Position numbers and translations under genes: made by a program. Shown piece after piece: positions 24,903-33,550 of a stretch of DNA of 64,000 nucleotides. The notes under the pieces are model-generated. The model saw nothing but the letters and a program-made list of their open reading frames with translations. It searched no databases and was not told where the DNA came from. Origin of the DNA: Amoebidium appalachense (lineage: Eukaryota > Protista > Ichthyosporea); assembly GCA_963693365.1 (NCBI GenBank), contig CAVNZM010000012.1:3359117-3423116 (forward strand), written 5' to 3'. Positions within the stretch are counted from its first letter, which is position 1. Each line of letters begins with the position of its first letter.

Positions 24903-25139
24903 TTAGTGCCTGCAGCCGTCCATTTGCACGTTGTAGACCGTGAAGTCGTCCAGGCACTTGAAGCTGCAGAGGTACATGGGCTCGTCACCCAGCCACGTCA
25001 TGACGCACCCACAGTCAAAGTCGTAGCCCGGCCCCTCCTCCTGTGTCGCGCACTTGAACCAGTGCCCACAGTAGTCGCACGCGTGCTGCCATGGTTCGGC
25101 GTCCGTGTCGGATGCCGCCTTGGTTGTCGGGTTGGCCAT
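24903..25139 (-). CDS. Small Cys-rich (Zn-binding) viral protein, 78 aa
   Basis: CDYC...CGC...CSFKC pattern; AAAAAATGTG about 27 nt upstream. Confidence 0.55.
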   Translation of the reverse strand: MANPTTKAASDTDAEPWQHACDYCGHWFKCATQEEGPGYDFDCGCVMTWLGDEPMYLCSFKCLDDFTVYNVQMDGCRH

Positions 25140-25232
25140 GTCGGTTGCCGTGTCTGTAATACGGCGCACATTTTTTGGACGTTGGTACCGTCCAACGTCG
25201 GTAAAAAAATGTGTGCGTACTGGTAACCAACC

Positions 25233-25841
25233 ATGTCGGCCGAAGACAACCAAATCGAGCGCGTGTCTGACGGCGAAGTCCACCAACCCGTGTCCAACGG
25301 CGCCACCGGCATGGGTGTGGAGCCCATGGTGTTGGACGCCGGCCACGTGGCCAAGGCGAGACGGCAGCCCACGGCCCGGCAGCTGGAGGCCCTGGAGAAG
25401 GGTCGGAGCACCAGGGTGGAACGCATGCGGCGAAACAAGGACTACATCCGTGAACTCGAGCAGAAGCTGCAGGTGCTGGAGACCCGCCCGGCCGGCCCCC
25501 CGCCGGCAAAAGCAGAAGCACCGGCACAACCCCCAAAAGCACCCCGGCCAAGGCAGAAGAAGGCACCACGGAAGCCCATGACGAGGGTGGCGTTCGAGGA
25601 AGGGGACAGCGATGGTGGCTATGACGACTCGGACCCGCACGGCAACCCCTACTACCAGTACTACATGCCCCCGCCGGTACCACACCCCATGGGTGCACCG
25701 GGCGGGTACGCACCTCCACAGACACGCCACAGTGCCCCCCACACGGGCATGGGCTACGGCCCGTACCACCCTCCTGCAGCAGCAGCACCCCCTCCCCAGC
25801 GCAGCTACAGCGACCACATCGCCAGCCTCATTTCGTGGTGA
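25233..25841 (+). CDS. Viral hypothetical protein (coiled-coil + Pro/Tyr-rich tail)
   Basis: 202 aa, AACCATG start, RQLEALEKGR..RVERMRR basic helix; A7TGTG upstream. Confidence 0.7.
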   Translation: MSAEDNQIERVSDGEVHQPVSNGATGMGVEPMVLDAGHVAKARRQPTARQLEALEKGRSTRVERMRRNKDYIRELEQKLQVLETRPAGPPPAKAEAPAQPPKAPRPRQKKAPRKPMTRVAFEEGDSDGGYDDSDPHGNPYYQYYMPPPVPHPMGAPGGYAPPQTRHSAPHTGMGYGPYHPPAAAAPPPQRSYSDHIASLISW

Positions 25842-25897
25842 CGTAGGAAGGAAAAATTCGTGTGCCCCAACTAGTAGCAAGCTACCGGTGCACGGCC

Positions 25898-26188
25898 ATG
25901 GCTACCCCTAGGAGCACGAAAAACCTGCCGTCGGCGTACTCGTCGCCGTTTACGTTCGACGACTACCTCGAGTTCTACATACGACACGGCACGGACAAAC
26001 AGTTCGACCCGGCCGACAAGGCCGGGAAGAAGCCCGAAAACAAAATCGAAAAAAAATTCCTGAGGCTGAAGAAGAGGGTGCCGGTCGACCGGCAGGAGGA
26101 GCTGAGGAAGGTGCTGGAATACGAGGCCGAGCTCGACGCCCGCATGCTGGCCCACATACAGAAGCAGGAGGGGGAGACCAACATCTAA
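25898..26188 (+). CDS. Viral hypothetical protein (96 aa, charged)
   Basis: GCCATGG start; codon style matches other viral genes. Confidence 0.6.
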   Translation: MATPRSTKNLPSAYSSPFTFDDYLEFYIRHGTDKQFDPADKAGKKPENKIEKKFLRLKKRVPVDRQEELRKVLEYEAELDARMLAHIQKQEGETNI

Positions 26189-26430
26189 AAATAGGACCGG
26201 CCACCGCCTGACCGACCGGCCCGGAAAGACCTCTGCAGGTAGTTGATGTTGCTGCCGGCGTAGGCAATGCCCTGGGCGGTACGACCAATGTCCATGACCG
26301 TCCGGAACCTGTCCCAGGCCTCGTTGGGGTGGACGATGACGGTGTGGCTGCGTGGTGTGGCCGTGCGGTCCGGCAGTGCCGGCCGCCAGTACTCGGAGTC
26401 GTTGACGTGCCCCACCCCTCGAAAATCCAT
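26185..26430 (-). CDS. Viral hypothetical protein (81 aa)
   Basis: AAACATGG start, follows the penton gene on the same strand. Confidence 0.45.
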   Translation of the reverse strand: MDFRGVGHVNDSEYWRPALPDRTATPRSHTVIVHPNEAWDRFRTVMDIGRTAQGIAYAGSNINYLQRSFRAGRSGGGRSYF

Positions 26431-26486
26431 GTTTGTTTGTAAGGCTCCCGTTAACCGTTGTATGTCAAAATATAGCCACCGTGACG

Positions 26487-27572
26487 CTAGCCGAACCGTT
26501 GGGGTTTGGCCATGGGCCGGATCGCCGTGACCCCCGTGGGGCTCGGGATTCGCCGGAGGCACAATAAAACCGTCATGTCCCCCCTCAGCCCCACCACGTC
26601 CCCGTAGCAGCTGACCAGCTTGATGCTGAGCGAGTTGATGTGCGTGCTGACGTCCAGAGGCAGCTCGGCGACGGCCCCGTTGTCAAAGAGGGGGAGGGCG
26701 TACTGCGGGAAGGTGGGTATGACGGCCAGAATGTCCTTGCTCGGATAGGACGACTGGAACTTGACGTCGGCGTTGGCCACGCTCACCGACGACTCCGAAT
26801 TCACCCCGTGCAGCTCAAGGAAAAAGTGGCTGGGGAATGCCAGTATGTTGGGGGCCATGACCTCTCCCTCTGCCTTGGAGGCGGCTAGCTGGCCGTCGAG
26901 GGGCATGCCGGCCGCTGCAGCCATGACCGGGCTGTCGAACCACATGACCACCCGGTAAAACTCGTTCGCATTGAACAGCGTGATGCGGCTGGCTACTTGG
27001 TGACACCCCACCCCCAACGTGTCCACGTCGTTCACAATCTCGTCCTTGATGGCGTCGGGTAGATTCGGGTGGTAGACTTCCCTCAAGGCGTAGTTCAACC
27101 AGGCAGCCACGAGCGTGCCCACAATGTTCTCGTCGTCTAGTTCATACGCCTCAGAGTCATCCGCGCACAGTTTTCTGGACCCACGGCCGACGTACTCCCC
27201 CCTAGGGTCCACCCCAAACTCGTACAGGGGTATCTGCTTGAAGGTCGACAACGACGATTCCGGCACGTCCGCAGGGAGGGGCTCCAGGGGTATGCGTCTG
27301 TGCTCCATGCTGGGCCCCCACCCGCCCGGGGAGCCGGGGTCGACCGGCCGCAGGGCAATGTTGACGTAGCACTTGTCACAAGGGAAGGGGAAGTAGAAGG
27401 TGTTGGCCGACGTCATGGTGCTCACCCAACGGGCACCCAACGACGTGTTCTGCATGAACCCGATGGGCGGTGAGAGCATGGCCTTCATCTGCACAGGTGC
27501 AGGCTCCTGCTGGCCCTGCACAAAGTCACCGACGTGCTGCATGACAACCAGGTGTGTGGGTGCGTGGTCCAT
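26487..27572 (-). CDS. Minor capsid protein (penton, single jelly-roll)
   Basis: C-terminal pattern FFLEL...DILAVIP...INSLSIKLVSCYGDVVGLRGDMTVLLCLRR resembles Polinton/PLV pentons; CCACCATG start. Confidence 0.7.
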   Translation of the reverse strand: MDHAPTHLVVMQHVGDFVQGQQEPAPVQMKAMLSPPIGFMQNTSLGARWVSTMTSANTFYFPFPCDKCYVNIALRPVDPGSPGGWGPSMEHRRIPLEPLPADVPESSLSTFKQIPLYEFGVDPRGEYVGRGSRKLCADDSEAYELDDENIVGTLVAAWLNYALREVYHPNLPDAIKDEIVNDVDTLGVGCHQVASRITLFNANEFYRVVMWFDSPVMAAAAGMPLDGQLAASKAEGEVMAPNILAFPSHFFLELHGVNSESSVSVANADVKFQSSYPSKDILAVIPTFPQYALPLFDNGAVAELPLDVSTHINSLSIKLVSCYGDVVGLRGDMTVLLCLRRIPSPTGVTAIRPMAKPQRFG

Positions 27573-27630
27573 GGTGGTGGTTGTTACGTAATGAGGTACA
27601 AAAAATCGCCGTGTAACAGTAACGTGCAAC

Positions 27631-29154
27631 ATGCCGAGCACAACCGACTGGACCGTGGCCACCGGGCTGGCCCTCGCCAACCGGCGCAGAAACGGCTACT
27701 ACGTGGGGCTCCTGCCCGACAACGCCGCCCACGACCACGACGCATACGAGCTGACGTTGCCCACCACCCGGCCGGCCACCGACTCGTACGTGGCGTGCGG
27801 TGCAGACGGCGTGCTCTCGTTTGTGGCTGCCGCCGACGTGCCCACGGACATGACGGTCAAGAACCTGGAGGCCAGGGTGGTGGCAGTGGAGGGGGTCAAC
27901 ACCACCCAGGACACCGACATTGCCAGTCTCAAAACCACCACGGGAGGCCTGGACACACGGCTGACGGCGGTGGAGACGAAAGCCACGAGTGCCCTCGACA
28001 CGGCCAACAGAGCGGTGACGATCAACACCGCCCAGACAAACGACATTGCCGGCCTCAAAACCACCACAGGAAGTCTGGACACACGGCTGATGGCTGCGGA
28101 GACAAAAGCCACGAGTGCCCTCAACACGGCCAACGGTGCAGTGACGGTCAACACCGCCCAGACAAACGACATTGCCGGGCTCAAAAATACCACAGGGTCC
28201 CTTGACACCCGGCTGACGGTCGCGGAGGTGAAAGCCACCAATGCCCTCAACACGGCCAACGGTGCAGTGACGGTCAACACCACGCAGACAAACGACATTG
28301 CCGGCCTCAAAAATACCACAGGGTCCCTCGACGCCCGGCTGACGGCCGTGGAGGTGAAGGCCACCAATGCCCTCAACACGGCCAACGGTGCAGTGACGGT
28401 CAACACGACACAGAACACGGACATTGCCAGTCTGAAGAGTAGTAGCACGACACTTGGCCTCGACGTCAACCGGCTCAACACGCTCGTCGGTCTCCACGAC
28501 ACGGCCGTGGCTACCCTGACCACAGACATGGGTGCCATCAAACCCCGTATGCCGCCGGCCGGCGAGGGCATGCTGCTCAGCAACACGTACGGGAGCCGGC
28601 GCACGGGCCCGGCCTACCTGACGGTGAAAGTACACCACGCGGCCGCCCAGGGGTGGAACGTTGCCGGAAAGGCTGCATGGGAGGACACGATCAGCATATA
28701 CAGGTCAACGTACGAGCCAGTCATTAAACCCCAGTGTATATCATCGCCGGGGGCCGAACTCATAGTGATTGTCTACTTCTGGACACTAGGGACCAACGGT
28801 GTACGCAAGTATGTCACCCACGTGGGCTCCCTACCCATGTCGTGCGTGTCCACATGGGACATAAACAACATCTACCCGTTTGCGCTAGGCTCCGGCATGT
28901 TGGAGGGGGCCATTGTTCCCACAGGGGATGACTTTCGGTTCAAGCTCAAGGTAAGGCTGACAAAGCTCTTCCAGACCGACACAGAGAGCTATGCAAGCGT
29001 TGCCGGCTACAACAACTTTGACGTGCTGGTGTTGGCAAAGTACCCACGGTTTACCGACTACAAGGACAAGGCCAGCATTCCCCGCACCAACATAGTCACC
29101 CACCCTCCCACCTTCTATGCAGACCTTGAATGGGGGACGCAAAATTATTTCTAA
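27631..29154 (+). CDS. Fibre-like protein: anchor + coiled-coil shaft + beta-rich head
   Basis: 126-bp (42-aa) tandem repeats starting at 27895, 28021, 28147, 28273, 28399; shared N-terminal YVG..P..Y.L.LP motif. Confidence 0.7.
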   Translation: MPSTTDWTVATGLALANRRRNGYYVGLLPDNAAHDHDAYELTLPTTRPATDSYVACGADGVLSFVAAADVPTDMTVKNLEARVVAVEGVNTTQDTDIASLKTTTGGLDTRLTAVETKATSALDTANRAVTINTAQTNDIAGLKTTTGSLDTRLMAAETKATSALNTANGAVTVNTAQTNDIAGLKNTTGSLDTRLTVAEVKATNALNTANGAVTVNTTQTNDIAGLKNTTGSLDARLTAVEVKATNALNTANGAVTVNTTQNTDIASLKSSSTTLGLDVNRLNTLVGLHDTAVATLTTDMGAIKPRMPPAGEGMLLSNTYGSRRTGPAYLTVKVHHAAAQGWNVAGKAAWEDTISIYRSTYEPVIKPQCISSPGAELIVIVYFWTLGTNGVRKYVTHVGSLPMSCVSTWDINNIYPFALGSGMLEGAIVPTGDDFRFKLKVRLTKLFQTDTESYASVAGYNNFDVLVLAKYPRFTDYKDKASIPRTNIVTHPPTFYADLEWGTQNYF

Positions 29155-29172
29155 CACACTAGTAAACCCACC

Positions 29173-31050
29173 ATGAGCGCTTTAGCGTGGCACCTTGCCC
29201 AGGGGCTCTCCCTGGTGGGCCCGAAGAGCGCAGACTACTACGTCGGCATCCGACCCGATTCGAGCGGGCACGGGCACGACAGCTACGTCCTCGAGCTGCC
29301 TAAAAGCCTCCCCCGAGCGGGGCCTGCCTTCTTGAAGGTGGACGAGGTGGGGGCCGGTACCTTCATGCCCGTGGCGGAGGTGACCGACCGGCTGGACGAC
29401 CTGGAGAGGAGGGTGGTGCTGTTGGAAAAGGGCATGGTCAAGAACTGGGACGAGCACACCGTCTACGACACCATGAAGGAAACCTTGGACACTATAGTAA
29501 AGGTGCTGTGGGGGGACGACAAGGAGAACTTTGAAGACAACATTGTACGTCGCCTGCTGAGGCTGGAAGGCCTAACCCCCGACCCCATCTTCCCCTACTC
29601 CATGTGGGTCCGGCCAAACTTTTTGTTCTCCGACGGGTGGACGTCGGTGCGTACCATAAACAGACAGATCAAGACAGCCCTGCCCGAACGCCCCGACTTC
29701 CCCAAGTTCCCCATGATAAGCAACCCAGACACCCCACACAGCATGGGCACCCCCCTCTTTTTTGGGAGCTGGGACGAGGAGAGACAGACCATCACGTTCC
29801 AGACCCACCACTACCCCATGTCTGCACGAACCGCATGCTTCAAGTTCGACCATGTCGGCATAAACGGGCAGGACAAGGACGACGGCCACACGTACACCAA
29901 CTTCTACGAAAACGAAACGGACGAGGCAAGACACGCCACCCTTTGGCCCTACACCCCAACCATGGAGGCCGTCATATCATCAAACACGTACCCCCTCAAC
30001 AACAACTACGCCTACAACAAGAAGGGCATCAGCAGGGTCTTACCGTTCATGACGTACGACATTGTCATGGGCACCGTGCCCCGGGGGGAGCCGCTGCAGC
30101 AGCACATTGCCGGCAAGCTCACCGCCAACCTAGACAGCAGCCAGCTGTACGAGCTCAACCAGGTCGTCATCGAGAAGGCCGAGTACCTGCACGACGTGCC
30201 CATCATCAACACAGAGGTTGACCACACGGACCTGCACGACACCAACAACGACTGGCACATGGACTACATCAACGAGGACAACCCCGACCTGCCCGGGGGC
30301 GGAAAGTTCCCCTACGACGACAAGGTTCTCACAAACTGGATAAAGAGCAGGGTGTGGGCACAGGAGCAAGAGACCATATCGGGCACAACCAAGACACGGT
30401 ACTTCAGGCCGGGCCTCCTGCACTTCTCCAACAGGGGCCCCAACGACTACACCACCACACGCATGGGCTACGTGAAACTTGACCACAAGGTCCACTACAA
30501 GTTTCCCAGCGTCATGTTTCAATACGAAACCACCGTCAGCGCCGTCGGTGATTTGGGGGGGACCAACAAGAGCGTGTATTCGGCCCCCAAAGGGTCACTA
30601 CCCCACCCGGAAATGGAGCTCACGTACAGGGTGACAAGCCGGGTGCTACGTCTAAACTACAACGAAGCCGTTTCCCCCGACCCCTGGGACGAGGTGGACC
30701 AGCTATGGGAACCGGTGGGCTCGGCCCTCAAACAGTACCTCAACACCATACGTGCACACATGCCCAACGGAAAGGTGCCACAGAGCATGCAGGAAAACGA
30801 CCTGTGGTTTATGGTGAGGCCGAGGGAGATCCGCAAGGGGGCATGCAAACTCGCACAGAGGTACGGAGGTAAGCTAGGCACGGGCATTGGCAAGATGGGC
30901 AAGAGGAAGGCACGCCGGGCCGCCACCGACTACGACAACTACGCCGCCGAGCTCGAGGCCTGGAAGAACAACCAGGGTAAGTACGGGCCCGACCACAACG
31001 TCGTGGATGTGGGCGACTGGGACAACGGGCCAAAATGGACCATGCCCTAA
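29173..31050 (+). CDS. Second fibre/spike-like protein (625 aa) with the same N-terminal module
   Basis: N-terminus W.LAQGLSL...YYVGIRPD...HDSYVLELP aligns with the 27631 protein; short coiled-coil RLDDLERRV. Confidence 0.65.
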   Translation: MSALAWHLAQGLSLVGPKSADYYVGIRPDSSGHGHDSYVLELPKSLPRAGPAFLKVDEVGAGTFMPVAEVTDRLDDLERRVVLLEKGMVKNWDEHTVYDTMKETLDTIVKVLWGDDKENFEDNIVRRLLRLEGLTPDPIFPYSMWVRPNFLFSDGWTSVRTINRQIKTALPERPDFPKFPMISNPDTPHSMGTPLFFGSWDEERQTITFQTHHYPMSARTACFKFDHVGINGQDKDDGHTYTNFYENETDEARHATLWPYTPTMEAVISSNTYPLNNNYAYNKKGISRVLPFMTYDIVMGTVPRGEPLQQHIAGKLTANLDSSQLYELNQVVIEKAEYLHDVPIINTEVDHTDLHDTNNDWHMDYINEDNPDLPGGGKFPYDDKVLTNWIKSRVWAQEQETISGTTKTRYFRPGLLHFSNRGPNDYTTTRMGYVKLDHKVHYKFPSVMFQYETTVSAVGDLGGTNKSVYSAPKGSLPHPEMELTYRVTSRVLRLNYNEAVSPDPWDEVDQLWEPVGSALKQYLNTIRAHMPNGKVPQSMQENDLWFMVRPREIRKGACKLAQRYGGKLGTGIGKMGKRKARRAATDYDNYAAELEAWKNNQGKYGPDHNVVDVGDWDNGPKWTMP

Positions 31051-31052
31051 AA

Positions 31053-31806
31053 CTACGTGTAGGGGCCCAGCACGTCCATGCAGTAGAGTATGAGGTACCA
31101 GAGGGCAAGCAGGCAGCAGGCGAGCAGTGTGTACCCCAACGTGGTCAGAAACCCGTTCTCCAAACTCCCACAAGTTCCAGTGGAGCTCGTCAAACACAAT
31201 GCCTGCCAGTGCAAGGCCTGCATGCACGCACACGCACAGCACAATGTTCCTGGTGAGCACGGGCACGGACAGGGAGAGCATGTACCGTGCACAGACGAGG
31301 GTGGCACACGCCAGCACGCCCCTCAGCACAAGAAACACGTAGCCAAACACCGACGGTTCAAACACGCACGTCATGCCGTAGAGGGCACTTAGGGGGAGGA
31401 GGGAGGCACACACCATGTACGCCACGGCCCGTGGGAAGAACAACGTGGTCGTCACACGCATGGATCGGGCCCAGCACGCTGCTGCCAGCATGTAGGCGAG
31501 GGGGGGGGCCACATACAGCCACGAGCCCAGCCAGTAGGGTGCCCACATCACACAGTGGCCGGCCACGTCAGGGTGGGTGTCCACGTCGAGCCAGGCATAC
31601 GCCACCCATTGTGCCTGGCACATGACCACACCTGTGAGGGGTAGGATGATGAGCCAAAACATGCATGTACGTTTGGCAAGTTCCGGTATGAGTACGGCTG
31701 TGCCGTAGGACGCCACCACGAGTGCAACACACATGATGGCACAAGGTCGACAATCATTCTCACAACTGAGTTGCCTACTACCATCTCCGTACGAAAAAAT
31801 GTGCAA
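31053..31806 (-). CDS. Multi-pass membrane protein (probable frameshift near C-terminus)
   Basis: Six or more hydrophobic segments in ORF 30874-31806; a further hydrophobic segment in frame 31053-31307. Confidence 0.5.
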
Positions 31807-31835
31807 CCATAATAAAAGGGAAAAACAAGACCAAG

Positions 31836-32411
31836 ATGTCTAACGTAACCAGGCTCAATCTGCTCACGCGTGCACGCGGGTACGTGGGTGTGCTAGCCCA
31901 CCCATCTACTGAAGCCTACGACCTCGTGTTCCCAAAACACCCACCCAAGGAAGGGGAGATGTTGGTTTGCACAGAAAAGGGGCTAGAGTGGAGACCCTTT
32001 ACAGAGTGGTTGAAAGAGAATGCAAGCACCATCAGGGACGTGCTACTGCACGAGCACCCCACCCCCTCCCCCCGGCCAGACACCCCTTTCCCCCACGACC
32101 TCCTCTCCCCTACACCCCCCTTTGAGCCCCTCTTTGCCTTCCCCTCCCCACCCCAGTCACCCCCTCCCCCACCACAAGAGCTACAATCCGCCGTGCTCAC
32201 CCTACTCGACGATGATGAGGGTATGGCCTCAAGCACAGGCAGCACGGACACGGAAAAGGACGTCACCCCATTGCACCCACGCCCCCTCATCCCCGACCAC
32301 CCCATCAAGCTCCAGGCACCCCCTGCCCCCAAGGCCAAAAAAACGACCAGAAAGACCACCAACACCCGCAGGCCAAGAAGGGTGCCCGAGGAGAAAGTGT
32401 CAACCGACTAG
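31836..32411 (+). CDS. Third protein with the fibre-anchor-like N-terminus; Pro-rich/basic tail
   Basis: LNLL..RGYVGV.AHP..EAYDLVFPKHPPKEGEMLVCTEKGLEW; A6TGTG upstream at 31794. Confidence 0.65.
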   Translation: MSNVTRLNLLTRARGYVGVLAHPSTEAYDLVFPKHPPKEGEMLVCTEKGLEWRPFTEWLKENASTIRDVLLHEHPTPSPRPDTPFPHDLLSPTPPFEPLFAFPSPPQSPPPPPQELQSAVLTLLDDDEGMASSTGSTDTEKDVTPLHPRPLIPDHPIKLQAPPAPKAKKTTRKTTNTRRPRRVPEEKVSTD

Positions 32412-32432
32412 TAGCGAGCGCAGGAAACCACC

Positions 32433-33550
32433 ATGGTGGCCAGAGACAAGGGCATTGAGCAGGTGATTGAGGAGACCTACGCCACCTTCAAGCTCCCCCC
32501 CACCGTGCAGGCACTGTGGCGGCGTGCAAAAGCAAAAGACAAGAGGGTAGGGCAACCGGCCGTGCGTGCCTACCTGTCCAGAAGAAACACCGGGCAGCAG
32601 GAATCCCTCAAGGAGGTGCTCGCCCCCCATCGTATCGAGAGGAAGGACTACCTCCCCACCACAGCACGGCCGAACAGCGTGGCGGCGGATCTGTTTTTCA
32701 TGCCACGTTACTCAAAGGCAAACAGGGGGTACAAGGGGGGATTGAGCATGATTGACATGAACACGAGGCAGGCAACGGTCGTGCCCATAAAGACAAAGAG
32801 CTCAGGGAGCGGGAAGAACGAGCACCTCACCATCAGCAACGGGCCGGAGATGCAGAGGGCTGTGCACAAAGCCTTAAAGACCATCAGGGAGATGAAGGAC
32901 GAAAGCAACAAAGGGGAGGAATACCTACAACCTACAGAGGTCAAGCAGATCTTTACGGACAAGGGCACGGAGTTCCTCAGCAATACAATGAAAAAGTACT
33001 ACGATCAACACGACATCACCATCCTCCCTCAAAAGCCAGGCCGAAAACCACGCAACGTGGCCATGGTAGAACGGTTCCATCGCACCCTAAAGCAAGGATT
33101 GAGCAAGTACATGGAGGCCAACGACACGGGCAAGTGGACGGGGGAAGGGTTGGAAAACGTGTTGGAGGATTACAACGACACGTACCATGGTTCGATCGGT
33201 AGAGAGCCCAACAAGATGACCCAGAGGGAACAGCATCAACACGTGGCTGGAGAACAGGAAGCAAAAAGGTAAGCTACGTGCCAAGATGGGGCACACGGAG
33301 GGCGTGCACGTGCGTGCACTCAAAAAGCCAAAGGGACCGTTTGAAAAGGAGGGAAGAAACTGGTCCAAGGACGTCTACACGCTCGCCTACAAGGATGCAA
33401 GTGGGTGGGCGCTACGCAACGCGGCTACAGGGGAGATGAGGAAACACACGCCAGGCCTACGCTACGCTTGGCCAGACACCATGCTAAAGAAGGTACCACC
33501 TACCAGCGTGTCTGTACCGCCCAGCAGCGGGATGCGTGCAGCTCGCAAGG
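32433..33550 (+). pseudogene. int: Polinton-type retroviral-like (rve) integrase, 5' part
   Basis: AADLFFM, ID..TR, TDKGTEF, VERFHRTLK, YN..YH.SIG..P; after a frameshift (~33265) FEKEG.NWSKDVY. Broken by the Copia insertion at 33551. Confidence 0.93.

Noticed and set aside
31053-31806. Ceramidase/CREST-family assignment for the membrane protein
   Set aside because: Only a vague SCEND resemblance; the conserved SxxxH and HxxWH motifs are not seen.
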